A DNA stretch of 64,000 bases from a virus, in the IMG/VR virus record IMGVR_UViG_3300031834_000002, positions 1-64,000 of that record, one strand, 5' to 3'. A program made the position numbers and the translations under genes. This document shows, piece after piece, positions 39,774 through 50,262 of this stretch (positions are counted from its first letter, which is position 1; every line of letters starts with the position of its first letter). Under the pieces are notes generated by a model. It was not told the DNA's origin. It did no database searches and saw nothing but the letters and a program-made list of their open reading frames with translations.

Positions 39774-41501
39774 ATGATACTAAAATCAATTAACCTCAAA
39801 ACTTTTAAATGTTTCGAAGATTATTCTGTCTCCTTTGACAAGATTAATTTACTTTCTGGTGCTATTGGCATTGGCAAAAGCACGATTTTAGAAGGATTAA
39901 TCTTTGCTCTTTATGGATATTATTCTGGAGTTCTTGCCGACCTACCTACCAGAGATAAGTCGAAATCATGCACTGCAATGGTTATAATAGAGGATAATGG
40001 ACATATTATAGAGATTATTAGGGATTATCCTTTAAAATTGACCATTAAAGAGGATGGAAAAATCTTAAAAATGTCCACAAGCGAAGGTAATACCTATTTA
40101 ATAGATAGATTTGGTAGTAGGCAAGATTTTTTCCAGTTTCGTATTGTTGATGCTTACAGTAAAGAAACTAATCTTTTGGAACAAGGTAATGTAGTTTTTA
40201 AGAAAATACTTTTCGCAGGAACAGACGAAAAATTTAATGAAGTAAGAAATAATCTAAATATAATTAAACTTGAACGAGAAAAATTAAATAAAGATTCAGT
40301 TGTAGTTTATAAACATTATCCATCTGAAAAACGTCTAAATACCCTAATTACTAATTTAGTAGATATTAATAATTCGTTAGTAATTGCAAATAGTAATATT
40401 GCAACGATTGAAAAAGAACTAAGAGAAGATGAATTAAAACTTTCTCGAAATGAATCTCGACATGGAGAAATACAACGAATTGTAGGAGAATATTGCAAAC
40501 AAATAGAAAATATAGATACTATCCGTTCTTCTTATGATAGTTCCTTACAAACTGTTGAAACTCGTATTAAAACTTTAGAGAAAGATATTGAAAATTTTAA
40601 AAAACAATTGGAAGAAATAGATAAACAATCGGATACTATAAAAACTACTGCTATTTGTTATGTATGTAAACAACCTTTAAATCAACATACTGCCGAAGAC
40701 ATTATGAAAGAAAAAATTACTAAGAAAGAGGAATTATCGCTTAATATAAAAAGATATAAACATGATATAGAGATAACACAAGAAAATATTAAAACTTTAA
40801 AAGAAAATATTATGATAGAACGAAAAAAACGAGCCGATGAATTGGCAAAAGAATTAGAAAATATAAGAAACGAAGATATTGAACTTTGTCATGACATTCC
40901 TCGTTTATTGAATGATATTCAAAACACCAAAGAAATTATTATACAAAATAAAGAATCAAAAGATAAACTTCTTTTAAGAAAAGAAAGATTACAAGTATTA
41001 ATAATAAAACTCGAAGCTCGTTTACAACAGAAACAATACATCTATACTGAAAAAGATATAATTGTGGTTAAAAAAGCAATCGAAGAATTGGATAAACTTT
41101 CCAGTGTATATTTAGTGTCAACAGTGCAATCTCTTGAGCCAATTATAAATTCTATTTTAGAAAAAATAGGATTCCAGATAACATTTGATGTAGATATTAA
41201 AGGAAAATTTAATATAATTCTTAGTAAAGAAGACATTCAATACAAATATTCTGACCTTAGTTGCGGTCAACGTCTTATTCTACAAATAGCATTAAAATTA
41301 TCATTGCTTCTGCAACAAAGTAAAACAGGAATTATTTTAAGTGATGAAGGATTATCTGCACTTGAAAATAACAATCTGGAAGACATTATTAATTTATTTA
41401 AAGAACTACAATTTCAATTAGTCTTCGTTTTACATCGTGCTTCAATTGAAGACACAGAAATAAATACTATCAGATTAGGAGAACAACATGACACTATATG
41501 A
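39774..41501 (+). CDS. SbcC/Rad50-like ATPase
   Basis: GAIGIGKST, coiled coil with CYVC zinc hook, LSCGQ, DEG, H-loop. Confidence 0.9.
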   Translation: MILKSINLKTFKCFEDYSVSFDKINLLSGAIGIGKSTILEGLIFALYGYYSGVLADLPTRDKSKSCTAMVIIEDNGHIIEIIRDYPLKLTIKEDGKILKMSTSEGNTYLIDRFGSRQDFFQFRIVDAYSKETNLLEQGNVVFKKILFAGTDEKFNEVRNNLNIIKLEREKLNKDSVVVYKHYPSEKRLNTLITNLVDINNSLVIANSNIATIEKELREDELKLSRNESRHGEIQRIVGEYCKQIENIDTIRSSYDSSLQTVETRIKTLEKDIENFKKQLEEIDKQSDTIKTTAICYVCKQPLNQHTAEDIMKEKITKKEELSLNIKRYKHDIEITQENIKTLKENIMIERKKRADELAKELENIRNEDIELCHDIPRLLNDIQNTKEIIIQNKESKDKLLLRKERLQVLIIKLEARLQQKQYIYTEKDIIVVKKAIEELDKLSSVYLVSTVQSLEPIINSILEKIGFQITFDVDIKGKFNIILSKEDIQYKYSDLSCGQRLILQIALKLSLLLQQSKTGIILSDEGLSALENNNLEDIINLFKELQFQLVFVLHRASIEDTEINTIRLGEQHDTI

Positions 41502-41662
41502 TATAATAGAAATAAAAAAAATAATGAATGTCGAAGATAAAAAATTATGTAGTAAATGTATTAATATACTACTTAATTATGCTTGGAATTATTTCCATAT
41601 AAATAAAACTAAAACAGATAGAATTTTAGATAATTTAATCGAAAAATATAAAGGAGCATCTA

Positions 41663-42028
41663 ATGAAAAATAAATGCCCTAAAAATGTTATAATGTTTAG
41701 CGACCCGATTTATTGTCAAGATTTTATGGTAGTTGTAACTCCTTCTCATACTAAATATAGAAAGATAATGAAAAAAATGTTAAATTTTGATGTAGAAAAA
41801 GATGATTCTTGTAGCGGATGTTTTCAAGTAATTCATAATAAAACAAGAGGAGATTTAGGTATTATATGGATTCCTAATAAACAAACTACATTAATTCACG
41901 AATTGTTTCATGCAACTTCATGGTTAATGAGAAATCGAGATATAACGCTTGATTCAGAAGGAGCAGAAGAGGCATGGGCGTATCATATATCTTATCTTTA
42001 TAAAGAGATTAAAGAAAGATTAAAATGA
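41663..42028 (+). CDS. small HExxH metallopeptidase-like protein
   Basis: LIHELFHA...EEAWAY. Confidence 0.65.
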   Translation: MKNKCPKNVIMFSDPIYCQDFMVVVTPSHTKYRKIMKKMLNFDVEKDDSCSGCFQVIHNKTRGDLGIIWIPNKQTTLIHELFHATSWLMRNRDITLDSEGAEEAWAYHISYLYKEIKERLK

Positions 42029-42648
42029 TACAAATGAAAAATAAAACTACGATAAAAATTTGTAAAGAATGTAAAAAAGAATTCTTTATAAATTATTATT
42101 TTCATAATGCTCGAAAATATTGTTCTGATATTTGTCATAAAGAAGCACATAATAAATCCAGTAAAAAATATAATCGCAAAAATAAACAAAAAAGAAAAGA
42201 TTATAATAAAAAATATTATCAAACACATCGAAAATTAATTTTAAAGAGCCAAAAGCAATATAGAGAAAAAAATAAAAAACAACTTAAAGTAAAACGAATT
42301 AAAAACAAAGAAAAATTAAGATTAAATTTTCAAAAATGGTTAAAAAATCCTATTAATCGATTAATTTATAATTATCGAATTAGACTTTCTCATGTATTAT
42401 CATCTGGTATTAAAGATATACCTACTTTAAAATTAATAGGTTGCACAATAGAATTTTTAAAGAACCATTTAGAAAAACAGTTTACTAAAGGTATGTCTTG
42501 GTCAAATTACGGTAAGTGGCATGTTGACCACATTAAACAATGTTGTCTATTTAATTTATCTAAAAAAAGTGAACAATTTAAATGCTTTAACTATAAGAAT
42601 CTTCGCCCTTTGTGGGCGAAAGATAATTTTAAAAGACCAAAAAGATGA
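42025..42648 (+). CDS. HNH-type endonuclease (GCT..FL..HLEKQF family)
   Basis: GMSWSNYGKWHVDHI...F.Y.NL.PLWA.DN. Confidence 0.8.
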   Translation: MIQMKNKTTIKICKECKKEFFINYYFHNARKYCSDICHKEAHNKSSKKYNRKNKQKRKDYNKKYYQTHRKLILKSQKQYREKNKKQLKVKRIKNKEKLRLNFQKWLKNPINRLIYNYRIRLSHVLSSGIKDIPTLKLIGCTIEFLKNHLEKQFTKGMSWSNYGKWHVDHIKQCCLFNLSKKSEQFKCFNYKNLRPLWAKDNFKRPKR

Positions 42649-43017
42649 AAAACTATTTCGACAAATTAAATTATTATTGTATTCGTTGTCATAATTTATG
42701 GCTTTTAAGGTCTAATGGATATATAGAAGTCGAAGAAATAAAAAGATGGTTTAAAGATGTAGATATTGAACATTTTATAATTTGTGAAAATTTTAGAAAA
42801 TCACAAGGAGGAAAATAACATGAATTGTGGAAAATGTGGTAAAGAAATGGTATCAATTGGAGAACCTCAAATGGTTCTACAGGAAGTTAAGGAAGAAGGG
42901 AAAACTTTTCCAACTAAAGTAATTTGTTTTTTATATCATTTTTTTGGATGTAAAGATTGTCAAGTAAAATCATCACAGGCAGAATTGAAAGAATATTTTG
43001 AAAAGAAGGAGGAATAA

Positions 43018-43428
43018 ATGAAAGATTATATTGGGCAAATTTGTGCATATTATTTGAATAAAAGAAGTAAAAATCAACAAGCGAAGAAACAACAACTTAA
43101 TGACGAAAAGTTAAAAGAAGTTTATACCCGATTACAACAACTTGCGTCTTTTGTTAAATTCTTACATGAAAAAGTTTTTGTAAATCGACATGAAAGAAAA
43201 GCATTTTGGAAAGATGTTCAAGATGGTAAACCTGTTATGGAAGATATACTTAAACGATTATTAGAACGTTATGGTGTAAAAAAAGAAACAATGGAAGAAC
43301 TTGAAAGACGTAAACAAGAATCTATAAAACAAAGGCAAGAAAAAGAAGAAGCAAATCGCAAAAGAATGGAAGAACAAAATAAAGCAAAAGAACCGCCAAA
43401 ACAAGAAGAAAAGAAAGATGAAAAATAA
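43018..43428 (+). CDS. charged helical hypothetical protein
   Basis: GGAGG RBS, 136 aa. Confidence 0.65.
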   Translation: MKDYIGQICAYYLNKRSKNQQAKKQQLNDEKLKEVYTRLQQLASFVKFLHEKVFVNRHERKAFWKDVQDGKPVMEDILKRLLERYGVKKETMEELERRKQESIKQRQEKEEANRKRMEEQNKAKEPPKQEEKKDEK

Positions 43429-44134
43429 AATTGCTTTGATTACAGGAGCAAGTCGGGGTATAGGAAAACAAATCGGATTAGATTTGTTAGATAAAGATTA
43501 TCATGTAATTTTTAATGGCAGAACTTGTCGAAATTTAGATATAATAGCGGAAGAATTACGCCAAAAAAATATAACTGATTTTGATTTATGGGAAGCAGAT
43601 TTGTCTAATATTGATGAAATTTATAATATTAATACTCCTTTTCCTGATTTAGATGTTCTTGTTTTAAATGCTGGAATGACCGATAGAACTCCATTTGGCG
43701 AGGTATCTCTTTCTAATTGGGATAAAATATTCAATACTAATTTAAAAGTTCCTTTCTTCTTAGTTCAAACATTAAAAGATAAAATAAAACCAAATGGAAA
43801 AATAATATTTATAAGTTCTATTGCAGGATGCACAACAGATTCTACTTCTATAACATATGGGGTCTCAAAAGGTGCTATTCATATTTTAGTGCCCAATTTA
43901 GCTAAAGCATTTGCATCAAAAAATATAACTGTTAATGCAGTTTGTCCTGCTTATATCGATAGCGATTGGCATATAGGTAAATCTAAGGCACAAATAGAAC
44001 GAATAGCAAATAAACATCTGGTAAAAAGATTAGGAACAATAAAAGAAGTATCTAAAGCAGTGTTAAGTATAATAGATAACGATTTTATCAATGGGCAGGT
44101 CGTTCGTGTAGATGGAGGATTTGGAATTGGATAA
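43418..44134 (+). CDS. short-chain dehydrogenase/reductase
   Basis: TGASRGIG, NAG, SS, YGVSK, VDGG. Confidence 0.92.
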   Translation: MKNKIALITGASRGIGKQIGLDLLDKDYHVIFNGRTCRNLDIIAEELRQKNITDFDLWEADLSNIDEIYNINTPFPDLDVLVLNAGMTDRTPFGEVSLSNWDKIFNTNLKVPFFLVQTLKDKIKPNGKIIFISSIAGCTTDSTSITYGVSKGAIHILVPNLAKAFASKNITVNAVCPAYIDSDWHIGKSKAQIERIANKHLVKRLGTIKEVSKAVLSIIDNDFINGQVVRVDGGFGIG

Positions 44135-44627
44135 AATAGAATTTAATCCTAAAGTGCTTGGTTCATATTTTGAAAATAATGTGCGAGAAATGTGTAAATC
44201 TTGCAAACGTTATAATATTAGTTCATCTTGTCCTCCTCATATAGAAACAATAGAATATTATAAAGAATTACTTCCTACTTATTGTAATGGAGTATTATTT
44301 ATCAAAAAATTTATTATAAATGATATAAAAAACTGGCAAGAATTAGGAAGAAATTCAAGTGAAGAATTGAGAATAGAAATGAAACCATTTATAGATGGAT
44401 GTATTTATGAAGGTTGCGATGAATATGACTATTATGGTGCTGGCTCATGTAAAAATTGTATAAAATGTTCTTATCCATGTAAATTTCCTAATAAACAATT
44501 AATTCCTATAGAAGGAACTGGTATTAATGTAATAAAATTAGTTAAAGATTTAGCAAATATAGATATTAAATTTCCTGTAGAAAATTATGGATATTTTTAT
44601 AGAGTAGGACTGATATTATGGGATTGA
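44112..44627 (+). CDS. DUF2284 Cys-rich metal-binding protein
   Basis: C..C..Y.....CPP, AGSC..C..C...C..P, E..GI.V. Confidence 0.75.
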   Translation: MEDLELDKIEFNPKVLGSYFENNVREMCKSCKRYNISSSCPPHIETIEYYKELLPTYCNGVLFIKKFIINDIKNWQELGRNSSEELRIEMKPFIDGCIYEGCDEYDYYGAGSCKNCIKCSYPCKFPNKQLIPIEGTGINVIKLVKDLANIDIKFPVENYGYFYRVGLILWD

Positions 44628-45070
44628 AAAAAATAATCTACAGTTCTGGTTCGTATGACCTTTTCCATTTTGGTCATCTAAATGTGCTTCTACAAGCTAA
44701 AAAGTTAGGTTCTATTCTTATTGTAGGAGTTAGTTCGGATAAACTTATAAAATCTTATAAAGGATTAAACCCTATAATTTGTTATAAAGATAGAGCCTCC
44801 ATTGTTAAACAATTGAAATGTGTAGATAAAGTAATTAAACAAGATACTTTCTTTGATATTAAACAATTACATAAATACAAAATAGATATTATTGTTCTTG
44901 GAGACGATTGGAAAGAAAAATCTTTTCCTGAATTAGAAAAATGTCTTAAAGAACTTAATATAAAAATAATATATGTGCCTTATACTAAACGATTGTCAAC
45001 TTCTACTATTAAAGAGACAATTATTAATAATGCCGTCAAAATTATCAAGGCACAAGTAAAAAGAATATGA
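44618..45070 (+). CDS. TagD-like polyol-phosphate cytidylyltransferase
   Basis: GSYDLFHFGH, GVSSD, GDDW, YT..LSTS. Confidence 0.9.
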   Translation: MGLKKIIYSSGSYDLFHFGHLNVLLQAKKLGSILIVGVSSDKLIKSYKGLNPIICYKDRASIVKQLKCVDKVIKQDTFFDIKQLHKYKIDIIVLGDDWKEKSFPELEKCLKELNIKIIYVPYTKRLSTSTIKETIINNAVKIIKAQVKRI

Positions 45071-45128
45071 AAACAAGAAAAGAATTAGATAAATATAATA
45101 AAAAATCCCAAAATAAATATCATAAAAA

Positions 45129-45725
45129 ATGGCAAAAGAAAAGATGATAGAACCTATTTATAATAGAGAATATTTTAGTGATAGAAACGAAGACCTAAAA
45201 AATCAGCATATTAAAGATATTTTAGATTTAATAGAATTTTTTAAAGATGTATTTAACTTAAAACTTTATATCGGTTATGGAACTCTCTTAGGTGCTATTA
45301 GAGAACATGATTTTATTACACACGATAAAGATATTGATTTAGTTTATATAAGTGCTTATGAATCGAAAGAACAAATTAAAAGAGAACTTTTATTTAAAAT
45401 TGCAGAAATATTAAAACAATATAATATGTTAGTAAAAGATTTTAATAATAGAGGTCAATTACATGTAAGAGTTCCAAATGGAAGTTTAGTTGTAGATATT
45501 TTTACCTCTTGGATTTCTAATAATATGTATAATCTTGTTCCTTTTGGAGAACTTTGTTCAAAAGATATAATTTATCCTTTTAAATCTTGTTTACTTAGAA
45601 ATGCATATTTTGAAATTCCTAATCAAAGTGAAGTATTGCTTAATATTTTATATAAAGATTGGATGAATTCAATACCAAAAAATGAAAACTATTTAAAACT
45701 TTTAAAAAGGAACGATTTAAAATGA
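45129..45725 (+). CDS. LicD/fukutin-family phosphotransferase
   Basis: GTLLGAIRE..FI.HDKDID, VDIF, P......L...Y..W. Confidence 0.88.
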   Translation: MAKEKMIEPIYNREYFSDRNEDLKNQHIKDILDLIEFFKDVFNLKLYIGYGTLLGAIREHDFITHDKDIDLVYISAYESKEQIKRELLFKIAEILKQYNMLVKDFNNRGQLHVRVPNGSLVVDIFTSWISNNMYNLVPFGELCSKDIIYPFKSCLLRNAYFEIPNQSEVLLNILYKDWMNSIPKNENYLKLLKRNDLK

Positions 45726-48025
45726 CACAAACAGAATTATTATTAAAAGTAAAAGAATTATTAGATAAAAATAATATCTCTTTTTGGCTAATGGGAGGAA
45801 CTTTATTAGGAGCTGTTAGAGATAAAAGTTTTATAAAACATGATGACAAAGATATTGATATAGGACTTTATTCTAAAGACCAATGGAAAGTTAAAGAATT
45901 AATAGAAAATTCGGAATTTAAGTTTAAATATTGTTGGAGAAAAGAATTTGCAATTCATTATGGAGAAGAAGTTCATCCTCATTTAGATTTTTTCTTTCAC
46001 GATATAATAGATAATAGTGCTCATTGGTATTTTTATACTCCGAACCAATTTGATAAAATTTGGAATGTCGAAAATAGATTAACAATATCTAAAAAAATTT
46101 TAGAACCTTTAAATACAATAGAATTCTTAAATACGACTTTTAAAGTTCCTAATAAAACAGAAGAATACTTAGTAAATTGTTATACTGAAAACTGGACAAC
46201 TATTAATCCTGATTGGCATTATAGTCAAATACCTGCCTTTGAACCAGATTATCAACCAATTACTGCTATTGTTCCTTCTTTTTTAAGAGACGAATGTTTA
46301 GCAAAATTAGTTACTTCTTTTAGAAAATATTATCCTAAAATGCCTTTAATTATAGGCTATCAAGGGAAATCTCAAAATCCTATTATACCTGATGAATATA
46401 CTAAAATTCTTGAATTACCATATGATTGTGGACTTTCTTGTTCCAGAAATTCTTTAGTAGCAGAAGTAAAAACTCCTATGACATGGCTTTTAGATGATGA
46501 TTTTATTATATCTCCCACTGCTAATATCTATAAAATGGCAGAAGTATTTGGTGCAGATAAAAATATAGGCATTGTTGCTGGAAGATTTCTACAAAATAAT
46601 GAAATATTTCCTTATGAAAAATTATTTGAATTTAGCGGAGATATGTTATTTGGAGTTTATTGGGAAGCCTTACATAAGGCTAAATTAGTTCATCTTTATA
46701 AATATAATAGATTAGAATTTGGTTATGCTGATATTGTGCATAACTTTTTTATAGCTAAAACAAAAATATTAAAAAAATATACTTGGGATAATCGACATAA
46801 AGTGCATAGTGTAACCGAAGAAACTCCTGTTATTATTAAAGATGGGTTTAATAATATTAAAATTATACCTATAGAAAATTTAATGCCACAAAGTTATCAA
46901 ACATTAAAAAATAAAGAATGGAAAGTCAAAGGAAATATATCTATTTGGAGCGATATAGGATGGCAAAAAATAAAATATGTGTCTAAACATACTGTTAATA
47001 AAAAAATGTATAAAATTAAAACAGTAAAAGGATTTATCGAATGTTCTGAAAATCACAGTTTAATAATTAATAATAAAGAAGTAGAACCTAAAACTTTAAA
47101 ATTGAATCAAACTATAGAACAACTAAATTTTCCAAAATTAAATAACGAAATAAAATTAAATAAATATTGGGCTTGGTTTTTAGGATTCTTTTTAGCAGAA
47201 GGGTGCTATAGAAAAAATTATATAAGTATCTCTAATCAAAATTTAAAACATCTTAAAAGATGTATGAAGGCATTAAATATGTTTGGAATCGAATATCATT
47301 TAGTAGATAAAAAACAACGAAAAGATAAATGTTATCAATTACAAATACATAATACTAAAATATATGCAGAATATTTTCGTAAATTTTATACTCCAAATTT
47401 TAAAACTAAAACAATACCAAATTTTTTATTTAAAACAGATAAAAAATCTCGATATAATTTTATTAATGGATTTTTAAATGGAGATGGATATAAAAAAGGA
47501 AGAAAATATAGACATAATTATAGAACTTTTTCTTCTAAATATCTTAATGTTTTACAAGGAATTTCTTTTTTATTATCAGATTTTATAACTCATTATTGGT
47601 TTAATATAGACCAAAATGAATTAGGTAAATGGTGGGTTTTTAACTTTTCATCTTCTAATTTTCCTTCTCATAAATCTGTAAATATTATTACTAAAATAGA
47701 GTCCTATAATGCAATCCAAATACCTTTATATGATATAGAAACCGAAAATCATCATTTTTGCGGAGGGATAGGAAATATTAACTTACATAATAGTGAACAT
47801 TTAGACTTTTTCTTAAATCTAAAAATAAATTCTAATGTAAAAGTTGCTTTTATTCCAAATCTTACAGTTATTCACGATAAACAGACAAACTCTGTATATA
47901 AAGAACATAGAACAAGGCAATATTATGACTTAATTTATGAAAAGTATGGTTTAAGAATAGGATATAGTTTAGGAGAAAATAATATATTTAATTATAAAGA
48001 AAATAGATTGGAAAAATTACCATGA
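45722..48025 (+). CDS. LicD-GT2 glycosyltransferase fusion interrupted by an intein
   Basis: GGTLLGAVR...DIDI; SFLR, YDCGLS..RN, LDDDF, DIVHNFF; intein at aa 363-690. Confidence 0.88.
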   Translation: MTQTELLLKVKELLDKNNISFWLMGGTLLGAVRDKSFIKHDDKDIDIGLYSKDQWKVKELIENSEFKFKYCWRKEFAIHYGEEVHPHLDFFFHDIIDNSAHWYFYTPNQFDKIWNVENRLTISKKILEPLNTIEFLNTTFKVPNKTEEYLVNCYTENWTTINPDWHYSQIPAFEPDYQPITAIVPSFLRDECLAKLVTSFRKYYPKMPLIIGYQGKSQNPIIPDEYTKILELPYDCGLSCSRNSLVAEVKTPMTWLLDDDFIISPTANIYKMAEVFGADKNIGIVAGRFLQNNEIFPYEKLFEFSGDMLFGVYWEALHKAKLVHLYKYNRLEFGYADIVHNFFIAKTKILKKYTWDNRHKVHSVTEETPVIIKDGFNNIKIIPIENLMPQSYQTLKNKEWKVKGNISIWSDIGWQKIKYVSKHTVNKKMYKIKTVKGFIECSENHSLIINNKEVEPKTLKLNQTIEQLNFPKLNNEIKLNKYWAWFLGFFLAEGCYRKNYISISNQNLKHLKRCMKALNMFGIEYHLVDKKQRKDKCYQLQIHNTKIYAEYFRKFYTPNFKTKTIPNFLFKTDKKSRYNFINGFLNGDGYKKGRKYRHNYRTFSSKYLNVLQGISFLLSDFITHYWFNIDQNELGKWWVFNFSSSNFPSHKSVNIITKIESYNAIQIPLYDIETENHHFCGGIGNINLHNSEHLDFFLNLKINSNVKVAFIPNLTVIHDKQTNSVYKEHRTRQYYDLIYEKYGLRIGYSLGENNIFNYKENRLEKLP
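46808..47791 (+). mobile_element. intein with LAGLIDADG endonuclease (328 aa)
   Basis: starts SVTEETPVII, block B SENH, FLGFFLAEG and FINGFLNGDG, block F YDIET, ends HN followed by Ser. Confidence 0.9.
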
Positions 48026-49365
48026 AAATTAAATTTAATAAAGAAGTGGCTATTGGAATAACTACATTTCTTCGCAATGCTTCGTTATATAAACTTATCG
48101 AATCTATATGCGAATATTTGCCAGATATTAAAATGTATATAGTAGACCAAAATATATCCACTAAATTTAAAAAAGCTTTATATGAAGGATTAAAAACTCA
48201 AGGACATGTCATCAAAAGTATTGAATACGATTGCGGAATAAGCAATGCAAGAAAAATACTTAAAAATTTAGTAAAAGAACCTTTTATAGCTTGGATGCAA
48301 GATGATTTTACTATTACTCCTAAAACTAATTTAATGAATATGGTAAATATTTTAAAATCTAACCCCAAACTTGGTGTAGTAGGAGGAAGAATAGAAGGGT
48401 CTCCTATAGCAGGAAGTTATAGTTATTATTTTCTAAGATGGGGAGATGGGCTTTTTTATTTACCTGTAAGCCATTGTTTAGAAAAAGGAATTATTCAATG
48501 GCAAAAAACTCCTGAAGGACTTTCGTATGTTCCTGCTGATATAGTATCAGAATTTACAGTTTGGAAAAAAGAAGTTCCTAATATTTTCGATGAAAAAGTT
48601 AAAGTTATAGAACATTCTCATGTTTATTTACTTTTAAAATATAATACTAAATGGCAAGTTGCTTATACTCCTGATTCTGAAATCATACATTGGCATGATA
48701 GAAATGAACCTGCCTATACTAAATTTAGAAGTAGAAAAGAAGATATAGACTACATTCAAAAATATTGGAATATAACAGAATGGGTAAAATTCGATGTTAA
48801 TAAATATAAATTTTTACTTGAACATATTAATTATCATATTCCTATAACAAATAATAGAATATTAAAGAACGAATCTATTCCATTAATACCAAAAGATTCT
48901 CTCAAAGAAAAAATTGAAAAAGATAATCAAACTTTACAAACTCTTTCTACTGATATTACTATTAGTCCTTCTCTTAATATGATTAATGCTGAAATTTATG
49001 ATATATTTAATGAATTTATTTCTATTATGAATAATTTTGATAAAAATTGTTTTTTAAGAGAGCAAACTTGTTGGGAAGCTGTAGTAAAACATTCTATTAT
49101 TACTTCTCCTTTGTATATATCTATTCCTAAATTGAATCAATACGAATTACAATGTCTAATTAATAAAGGATTTAATTATATTGAATCAAATAATACCTTT
49201 ACTAAAAATAATTATTCTATAATTGTAGATTATAAATTACCTCAAAATTTTAAAATCGTAACTGTCGAAAATGGTAAATATTTAGTGCCTTTTCCTGTCC
49301 ATCCATATTTAAAACGATTATATGGACAAGATTGGAAAGAATTAGGTAATAAAAATGGGAACTAA
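48022..49365 (+). CDS. GT2 glycosyltransferase with degenerate C-terminal LicD-like domain
   Basis: TTFLR, YDCGIS.AR, QDDF, EH; C-terminal VP.P...YL..LYG.DW. Confidence 0.75.
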   Translation: MKIKFNKEVAIGITTFLRNASLYKLIESICEYLPDIKMYIVDQNISTKFKKALYEGLKTQGHVIKSIEYDCGISNARKILKNLVKEPFIAWMQDDFTITPKTNLMNMVNILKSNPKLGVVGGRIEGSPIAGSYSYYFLRWGDGLFYLPVSHCLEKGIIQWQKTPEGLSYVPADIVSEFTVWKKEVPNIFDEKVKVIEHSHVYLLLKYNTKWQVAYTPDSEIIHWHDRNEPAYTKFRSRKEDIDYIQKYWNITEWVKFDVNKYKFLLEHINYHIPITNNRILKNESIPLIPKDSLKEKIEKDNQTLQTLSTDITISPSLNMINAEIYDIFNEFISIMNNFDKNCFLREQTCWEAVVKHSIITSPLYISIPKLNQYELQCLINKGFNYIESNNTFTKNNYSIIVDYKLPQNFKIVTVENGKYLVPFPVHPYLKRLYGQDWKELGNKNGN

Positions 49366-50209
49366 AATAGGAATTATAGTTACAACTTTCTTACGCAATT
49401 CTTTATTAGAACGAATTATTGGTTCTATTTTAGCCAATTGGAAAGATGAATATATCCTCTTTATAGGTAATCAGGGGATTTTAGACGAAAATCATCTTAA
49501 ATACCTTCAAAATGCCCTTAATTTACAGGGGTTTAAGGCAGAGAATTCAATAATTAACGATATTACAGGACAATCTACCAAAAAAGCGAAAATAGATGGT
49601 TTATTAGCATATAATGACAAAATTAAGTATTATAGATTGTCTTATGATTGTGGACTTAGTTATGCTCGTAATTTCTTAGTGCAAGAAGCAAATAAAGTAG
49701 GATGTAATTATATTTTTCTTACCGCAGATAGTTATGAATTTAAAGATTATAATTTAGAACCAATAATAGAATTTTTAGAATCCGATGATAAAAATGGTTT
49801 AGTAGGATTTATTGAAGATGAAAAAAAAGACCCCTATTGGAGTTGGGATTTAGAACTTGTTCCTAATCAACATTTTTTATTAAAAAGACCTAAACAACCT
49901 ATAATAGAATTTAAAGAACTTAAATTTCAACCTTGCAATGTAACCCAAAATTTTTATTTAGCAAAAACTAAAATGCTATTAGATGTTCCTCATGATAATG
50001 ATTTGAAATTATGTGAACATGAAGATATAATGTATCGTTTTAAATTAGCTGGTTATAAGGTCTTTTTTAATGATTCGATTCATTGTAAATATATTAACCA
50101 AAAACCAAACGAATATTCTGAAAAAAGACAAAGAATCTATAATGAATTTAAAAAGAAATTACAAGAAAAATATCATATTAAAGGATGGATAAGAATAGAT
50201 AGAAGTTAA
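49355..50209 (+). CDS. GT2 glycosyltransferase paralog
   Basis: TTFLR, YDCGLSYARN, NF.LAKT, KLCEHED. Confidence 0.8.
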   Translation: MGTKIGIIVTTFLRNSLLERIIGSILANWKDEYILFIGNQGILDENHLKYLQNALNLQGFKAENSIINDITGQSTKKAKIDGLLAYNDKIKYYRLSYDCGLSYARNFLVQEANKVGCNYIFLTADSYEFKDYNLEPIIEFLESDDKNGLVGFIEDEKKDPYWSWDLELVPNQHFLLKRPKQPIIEFKELKFQPCNVTQNFYLAKTKMLLDVPHDNDLKLCEHEDIMYRFKLAGYKVFFNDSIHCKYINQKPNEYSEKRQRIYNEFKKKLQEKYHIKGWIRIDRS

Positions 50210-50262
50210 AATTACCATACTATATATAAAACTATACATGTTGTTAGGTAACTAAAAATACT

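Noticed and set aside
637-45849. Short minus-strand ORFs opposite + strand genes (e.g. 637-894, 4224-4658, 22986-23300, 26264-26587)
   Set aside because: Antisense shadows of well-supported genes, with no RBS or recognisable motifs.
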